Of a stretch of DNA of 64,000 bases, positions 59,201-64,000 are shown piece by piece. The stretch's first letter is position 1; the number at the start of each line of letters is the position of its first letter. The notes beneath the pieces are model-generated. The model saw only the letters and a list, made by a program, of their open reading frames with translations. It was not told the origin of the DNA and made no database searches. Made by a program: the position numbers and the translations under genes. The stretch comes from a virus (Duplodnaviria > Caudoviricetes): IMG/VR virus record IMGVR_UViG_3300002835_000097, positions 24,058 through 88,057 of that record; one strand, 5' to 3'.

Positions 59201-62200
59201 ACACAGCTTTGCCCAATGTTCCTAGTCCTATAGTTAGTAATAATCCTACTGTATTACCACATGTTACAGGATATCCTTTAAATCAGCCAAATATAATTTG
59301 TATGCAAAAAGCTATACAATTAGATGGATCTGGTTTAAAAATGCCTTTTATCAAAGGAATATTTCATCCTGCTAGCGGATGGATATCGCACAGTAGCAAT
59401 TTATATCCTGCTAATGCGAATAAATCATCTGTACTAAAATTCAATCCTGGTGGCCGCAACTCTTTCAGTTTCGTAGGACCAAAAATAGACAGATTAAAAT
59501 CCAATCAATCAGACCTAGCTACAAATCAGATAATGCCTAAAATATTTTCTAGCACAATATCGTTATCAATTTCAGATGGAGTTCGTTGGGAGTGCTGTGC
59601 AGGAACAGATTCCGCAAATCAATTACATAAAAATTATTCTGATATCGATTTGCATAACTTTAATAATAATCATGGGTATAGAATACTAGATAAGGGACAG
59701 CCAAAAGATGTTGAATTAAAAGGCAGTAATAATAATCCTGTAGTTAATGACGAGTTTGAATATATATCAGAAATAGATATTTCATATTATAAATTTGCAG
59801 TAACAGGACCATTTTCTAGTGTCGTCGGATCAAAAAATAAGAGAATTCCAAAAATTAATAATTTAAGTATTAAAGATATTGAAGTTAAATTAAATTTTTT
59901 AAATTACGTTAATACTAAAAACCTTATAGTGTGGTTAGATGTAGAATATGATCCAAAAGAAAAAGCCACCAGAGCAGAAGCTACAGATTCTCCATTAATA
60001 TTAAGAAGTAAAGATTTTATTAATCAAACTATAAATCAAAATGTATTTTTTGGAGACTATACATATAATCAGAGTAAAATTAATATTTTAGCAAATTCTG
60101 AATTAAATGACTACCTCAAGAATTTATTAAACTTTAATAGCGTATCTGGACTAGATAATAGTAATTTTAAATTAGTTTTATTAAATCAGGAAACATTATA
60201 TAATAATGGATATAATTTTAGTATTAAATTCTCAGACCACGCCTCAAAACATAACTCTCCATACGAAATAGTTAATTCTCAAAACTATTATAGCGCAGCA
60301 TCTGGTTCTGAATATTCTTATCTCCTAGATCCAATAAGATCAAAACAAACAATTTGTCAAAATAATCACGAAGTTTTACCAACTACAGCAGCAACGGGGT
60401 TTTCTGATAGACAAGCCTGTTATCATTCCTCAACAATAAAATTAAATAATTTAAATATTAGTAATAATACTTTTAATAAATTTGTTTCAGATTCTTTATT
60501 TAGAAACACTCCCACATCATCATGTGTTTCAGGTTCGTTAGATGGCGAAACAAAATTTAGACTAAATATAATGGTATTAGATGAAGAAGACGATATGGCT
60601 CCACGAGATAATACGATTAATGCTCAATATTTATCTGAGTTTGAAACAGTCAAAAATATATCAAAATCTAGCTTAATATCAAACTCTTTATGTAGTTGGG
60701 AACTGATATTACATACCGAAAAAGAAAGAGACTTTGTACCAGAAACTAAACCTAGTTTAACATCCTATGGAAATAGTGATGTTTTATCATTAATAGATTA
60801 TAAAAAAGGTTTAATATATAATGGACATAGTTTTATTGCAGATTTAACTGCATATAAACACTTATTGCCTTTGGCAAATTATAATGCCCCCTACTGTTGC
60901 ATATCGGATGAAAATATGTGCTCCAGCCCAGACAATGATCCTACTGGCTCCATGACTATGGCAAGACCTCCAGAATTTCCCAGTTGGGCCATTCTCGCTA
61001 TAATGACTTCTCTTGCTGCTGCTGGAGCAATGGGAGGCATGGGCGCTGTTGGAGTCTTAACGGGTATTGCTGGAATAAATAACGACGCAGCTTACCATGC
61101 CATAGTAGCATATTTAGTAGAATCATCATATCAACAATCATTACAAAACGAAGCTAGAAACACATGGATGCCTGACTATAAAAAATATCCGTTCGGGTCT
61201 TCTGAAAAAATTCTATTAAATTTTAAAACACCCACTTCTTTATGGCATACTGCAGAGGCGAGCATTTTTAAATATCATAATACTCCAATATTAAAAAATA
61301 ATCAATATAAATTTATTAGATTATCTAGACATAATGATTTTGGAAAATTTGAATATAAAAAAATTACATCATATAAAGAACTAATAGATCCAAAATTTAT
61401 TAAAAATATATCTGGGGTTTCTGATGGTACTGTTTTAAATCCTCCCAATTCTTATAATAATACAGTTGTTAATAGCGGAGATATTTTATATGATATAGCG
61501 AACAGCGGATTATACTTAGCCGGTCAAACCGCTGCACTAATTACAAATGCCAACAATACCAATAATAAATTTGAAAATATCAATAAAGCTAATTTATATT
61601 TGAGTCAAAATGCAGTTTTGTCTTTTGGTAGTTCTACTCAACAGTTTTGGCATAATGATATTATTAATGTTGATATTAGCGGAAATAAAATGATAGTCAT
61701 GTCTGGAAGAATGCCATATGATATTTTTGGTTATAATGATTCTATTATTCTGATGTCTGGAACAACAACCTTATCTAATACAATAGCTAAAAAAGCTTTA
61801 ATATTGCAAAATAATACTTATAATTCAGTATTTGTAATGTCTAGCCCTATACAGTCGGGCTATGATATCATGTGTCCTAATGATAATGATACTATATTTT
61901 TAACTTATAAAAACGAAACAACAGTTCAAGACAAAGTCAAAAACAAATATAATATATGGGGCTTAAATAATACTAGTAAAACGATAAACGATACTATTGA
62001 TTTGCAATCTACATGCAATTCCATAGGATCATATGGTGATGCTTCAATATTTTTAGAAAAGAATGTATTATCAAATAATGTTCGTAGTAATAAATTAAAA
62101 AATATTTCGGAAATATTAAATAACCATGAGAACGACAAAATTAAACATGCTAAAATTACATTATTTCAACCATCAGGCACTGGGACTATAAACGAAAGCA

Positions 62201-63924
62201 TAACTAATTTAACCCCGTCTCCAGCGTGGTTCGCAAGCAAAACTTATGGATATTCGTATAGCAAAGATGAATTCGTTAAGGCATTGCTTTATAGAACAGA
62301 AAAATTAAATCGAGAAGTTGTAATTATTGCATCAGGAGAAAAAGAACAGGCAATATTTGAAAATCTTAATTTATCATCAGCATATAACGATATGCCTAAA
62401 AATATATCTATTATTCGTACATACTATAATCAAACCTTGCCTACTGGAATTCAGAATGGTATCCTTGAAGTAGAAGGAGATTATTATAATCATATACCAA
62501 TTAGAAGTATTACTAGCGACGAATTAACAAAATTAACAGATAGACTAAATTTAATTCAAAATACAGGTATACAAACATCATTAGAGAGTATTGTTGGAAA
62601 ACCTGATCAAACAGCTACGACTAATATTTTAGCATCTGATCGGTTAAAATATATTGTGCAACATTATAATTCCTTGCCTGCAGACTCTGGATCTTGTGAC
62701 TCTAGAACCAGTACATCATTTATAAATTGTCATAAAAAAAATACTTTAAATAAAATGGAACAGCTATATCAGGAAGAATACGATATTGCTGATCTTATAA
62801 GAAATCAAACAGTATTATTAAATAATGTCCTGACTCTAAGATCAAGTTTGCCAGATGCTCATCCATTGAAAATTAATAATGATATTTTACCAAAATACGG
62901 ACCCGTAATATCTGATACTAGTGGACCTATTTCTATAGAATATAAAAAATTAAATGAAAATCACTATTGGATTAATTTAGATCCTAATCAAGGATGTTTC
63001 CCGGATTATGAAGCAAACCCAAAAGTATTAGTAAAAACTGTCTATAAGTGTGTGGTTGCAAATTATGGTTTACTGCAGGCACGAAATGGTAATGATAATG
63101 TTTGTAATGCTCAAGCTCCATCGGATATCCAAGGAGAAAACATGACTTTTAAAAATGGTGGTCCAACTAACGAGGGTCAGGAATATACGTATACTGTTGA
63201 TGAAACATTTATTAATCAAGAAATAAATCGGATACAAGTTGAATATGGATCAACTATTAGTTCTTGGAGAGAGATTACAAGGGAAAGAACTTTTAATATT
63301 AATGGAGATCAAACTTTTCATCGTAATGGGTTTACAGACGCATTACCCAACGAAGAAATAACCATTATAGCAAAAGAAACATATAAGGTACCAGTACAAA
63401 ATTATACTCCTGCTGCTGAAACCATTGATACTGCTACTCTTCCTGGCATGCCACCCTGCAATGGCAGCAATGGTAGTCTTGGAGGAATTGGCTTATTACA
63501 AGATAACTCAAGAACTGGAAAACCAATTACCATAGCAGCAACTGTAAATCTATCTGATCAAAATAATATATCAGTAATGGTAAAAAAGATACCAAGAATA
63601 TTACGGAATACGGATAGATTAACAACGGTATATCGTCCCGGAGTAATGGATAACTATAGACAAGTGGGCGGATTACCATTTGTACCTGAAGAATTTAGTC
63701 TTGGTGATGGGCCACTAACTAATAGTTTTTATGTGTGGTATGCTCTTAATATACAAAATAACCAACTACAATATGCTCCATTACCAGATTTTTTTAAATT
63801 ACAAAATGAAATGATTTTTAGATCTTTTTTTGGTAGTGTTGATAGGATAGAAAATAAAACGGATTCCATAGTGCCAGGATTCCCGTGGGAATTGATACCC
63901 TTCGAATATGACAGTCGATTATGA
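56290..63924 (+). CDS. Very large tail-tip/central fibre-like protein (2544 aa)
   Basis: Asn/Ile/Ser-rich; PKD/Ig-like segment (SFVWEQVGG..PEYTGKYTIKCTASTPFG, ~58240-58440), P-domain-like strands (~59863-60717) and a Gly/Ala hydrophobic segment. Confidence 0.55.
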   Translation: MFKPILLDNSDYCNVLKHSLSDDLLPFSLDSNNQLNYDSGPVGNLTSKYNILSSLASNSSLLDVWQPIFINNDTNINTKLLSSYGSYHNSNPNLKSCRLGIENFYNFTGNFKSFSNTANMSIDWIINSSNIPYYLCHGILCWYRYNNFSDNPNIMDGKLQTIDKFPNGSRLTPSTDTDKIYIKLNDNKLYDISNPSKIFQNNSWTFNAEANTSIVDVPSNVTFKLAHKEKDTDTTTKDNNLNPTFWIPDGDCFFYYDNTEDVTLSSTNNIPPKSYISSALYKSYNLIYRIITLDEERNIKPKNLRKSRLYRSLAHALSTSPFITDFTIKALDTTPIRNLIQQYVNTAVFPNAAASQALLNTLLINISTQLQKTISSVPNDSLYLDTKFTKNTIHNNIIRNKNDLFYKLFQKYGTYANITTDTTFTVKTDKLKVDNRAISIFQNIEYYCNKALSGQIDPFNSLTLYNNQTITFDNTVISTVFDTRQNLINITNTNDTSLLKEIPLYNTARPSFNADNFSSVFKPYISYTGYVQREYRADNMEYKPEVQGNMALNNEDNIYYAQVDLNAQTKLSADPYAAHISNLYNDGEDGSPPPQSRAFEGIVGIRNNLNNDNGIELIAIILNAIDRAVGNDTGTPRSDVVGLPDSYLEQSISFVWEQVGGRTGYFGTKIQGTDYRSATGFGYLTQFYPEYTGKYTIKCTASTPFGSFTKYKTFYVVDGKNLNNAAQYGKYWDPISKSWTDPVAINQWSTPLVIDKDNILCNTIKFNKIVINNIAGVFLPIQTNCVVRRSLGNLGRGTTMVSVIKNMGPECIFDFENSFVLRNNPVLSIQYKPNNTTGKLYSIYLERIRTDDPKCSQCLSMYYPKITVQKSNKYLEGGAVDKSRVITLRQNKYAGGDGAEASFDLEKYVYRPEWNGYKSIDTTNEGKLNFYIYPQVSTKFAPPIKNYGGYSRSFLDSIGIDVIGLTKPSANTALPNVPSPIVSNNPTVLPHVTGYPLNQPNIICMQKAIQLDGSGLKMPFIKGIFHPASGWISHSSNLYPANANKSSVLKFNPGGRNSFSFVGPKIDRLKSNQSDLATNQIMPKIFSSTISLSISDGVRWECCAGTDSANQLHKNYSDIDLHNFNNNHGYRILDKGQPKDVELKGSNNNPVVNDEFEYISEIDISYYKFAVTGPFSSVVGSKNKRIPKINNLSIKDIEVKLNFLNYVNTKNLIVWLDVEYDPKEKATRAEATDSPLILRSKDFINQTINQNVFFGDYTYNQSKINILANSELNDYLKNLLNFNSVSGLDNSNFKLVLLNQETLYNNGYNFSIKFSDHASKHNSPYEIVNSQNYYSAASGSEYSYLLDPIRSKQTICQNNHEVLPTTAATGFSDRQACYHSSTIKLNNLNISNNTFNKFVSDSLFRNTPTSSCVSGSLDGETKFRLNIMVLDEEDDMAPRDNTINAQYLSEFETVKNISKSSLISNSLCSWELILHTEKERDFVPETKPSLTSYGNSDVLSLIDYKKGLIYNGHSFIADLTAYKHLLPLANYNAPYCCISDENMCSSPDNDPTGSMTMARPPEFPSWAILAIMTSLAAAGAMGGMGAVGVLTGIAGINNDAAYHAIVAYLVESSYQQSLQNEARNTWMPDYKKYPFGSSEKILLNFKTPTSLWHTAEASIFKYHNTPILKNNQYKFIRLSRHNDFGKFEYKKITSYKELIDPKFIKNISGVSDGTVLNPPNSYNNTVVNSGDILYDIANSGLYLAGQTAALITNANNTNNKFENINKANLYLSQNAVLSFGSSTQQFWHNDIINVDISGNKMIVMSGRMPYDIFGYNDSIILMSGTTTLSNTIAKKALILQNNTYNSVFVMSSPIQSGYDIMCPNDNDTIFLTYKNETTVQDKVKNKYNIWGLNNTSKTINDTIDLQSTCNSIGSYGDASIFLEKNVLSNNVRSNKLKNISEILNNHENDKIKHAKITLFQPSGTGTINESITNLTPSPAWFASKTYGYSYSKDEFVKALLYRTEKLNREVVIIASGEKEQAIFENLNLSSAYNDMPKNISIIRTYYNQTLPTGIQNGILEVEGDYYNHIPIRSITSDELTKLTDRLNLIQNTGIQTSLESIVGKPDQTATTNILASDRLKYIVQHYNSLPADSGSCDSRTSTSFINCHKKNTLNKMEQLYQEEYDIADLIRNQTVLLNNVLTLRSSLPDAHPLKINNDILPKYGPVISDTSGPISIEYKKLNENHYWINLDPNQGCFPDYEANPKVLVKTVYKCVVANYGLLQARNGNDNVCNAQAPSDIQGENMTFKNGGPTNEGQEYTYTVDETFINQEINRIQVEYGSTISSWREITRERTFNINGDQTFHRNGFTDALPNEEITIIAKETYKVPVQNYTPAAETIDTATLPGMPPCNGSNGSLGGIGLLQDNSRTGKPITIAATVNLSDQNNISVMVKKIPRILRNTDRLTTVYRPGVMDNYRQVGGLPFVPEEFSLGDGPLTNSFYVWYALNIQNNQLQYAPLPDFFKLQNEMIFRSFFGSVDRIENKTDSIVPGFPWELIPFEYDSRL

Positions 63925-64000
63925 AACTTTGTAATTTTATCAATTTATATGACAATGAGTATCAATGCTTAAATTGCGGACTAAGAATAACCACAGAGGA
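63921..64000 (+). CDS. 5' end of a Cys-containing hypothetical protein (partial)
   Basis: ATG overlapping the upstream TGA: MKLCNFINLYDNEYQCLNCGLRITTE..., open to the window end. Confidence 0.55.
   Translation, partial: MKLCNFINLYDNEYQCLNCGLRITTE

Noticed and set aside
831-62138. Numerous 60-180-aa minus-strand and alternative-frame ORFs in the ORF track
   Set aside because: Almost all lie within long + strand genes and show shadow-frame composition (e.g. Val/Gly or Cys/Ser runs opposite Thr/Pro tracts); none has a recognisable motif.
1-64000. tRNA/rRNA genes, integrase, transposase, capsid/terminase genes
   Set aside because: Intergenic gaps are at most ~105 bp with no cloverleaf or rRNA-like sequence seen, and no ORF shows the corresponding motifs.

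Overview
AT-rich, gene-dense window with all credible genes on the + strand and frequent ATGA/TAATG stop-start overlaps. It reads as the neck, tail and tail-tip morphogenesis cluster of a large tailed dsDNA phage, probably siphovirus-like because no sheath gene is recognisable next to the tube genes. Gene order: LamG-like protein, Gly-rich repeat tail fibre, sulfotransferase, head-tail joining genes, three tandem paralogous major tail/tube proteins, chaperone-like genes, an intrinsic terminator, a 4950-aa tape measure protein (TMP), then fibres, Cys-rich repeat proteins and 2168-aa and 2544-aa tail-tip proteins. The most striking feature is the TMP, which is a polyprotein rather than a simple ruler. 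Between recurrent [FYL]xxGG linkers and four copies of a D-T-V-P-A-M-L-x-P-G-E-F-V-like module it carries motif-level matches to a staphylococcal-type nuclease, a P-loop NTPase/kinase plus (H/T)xGH nucleotidyltransferase, a PD-(D/E)xK nuclease, an ADP-ribosyltransferase, EF-hand-like loops and a HExxH metallopeptidase. This suggests an injected, modular effector payload. Other highlights are a conserved GGTGTATW motif 36-51 bp upstream of five genes (candidate late promoter), a ~134-aa four-Cys 'NWP' repeat domain family, and a circularly permuted FGE/SUMF1-type lectin domain with an inserted propeller. All calls come from motif recognition by eye; no searches were run.
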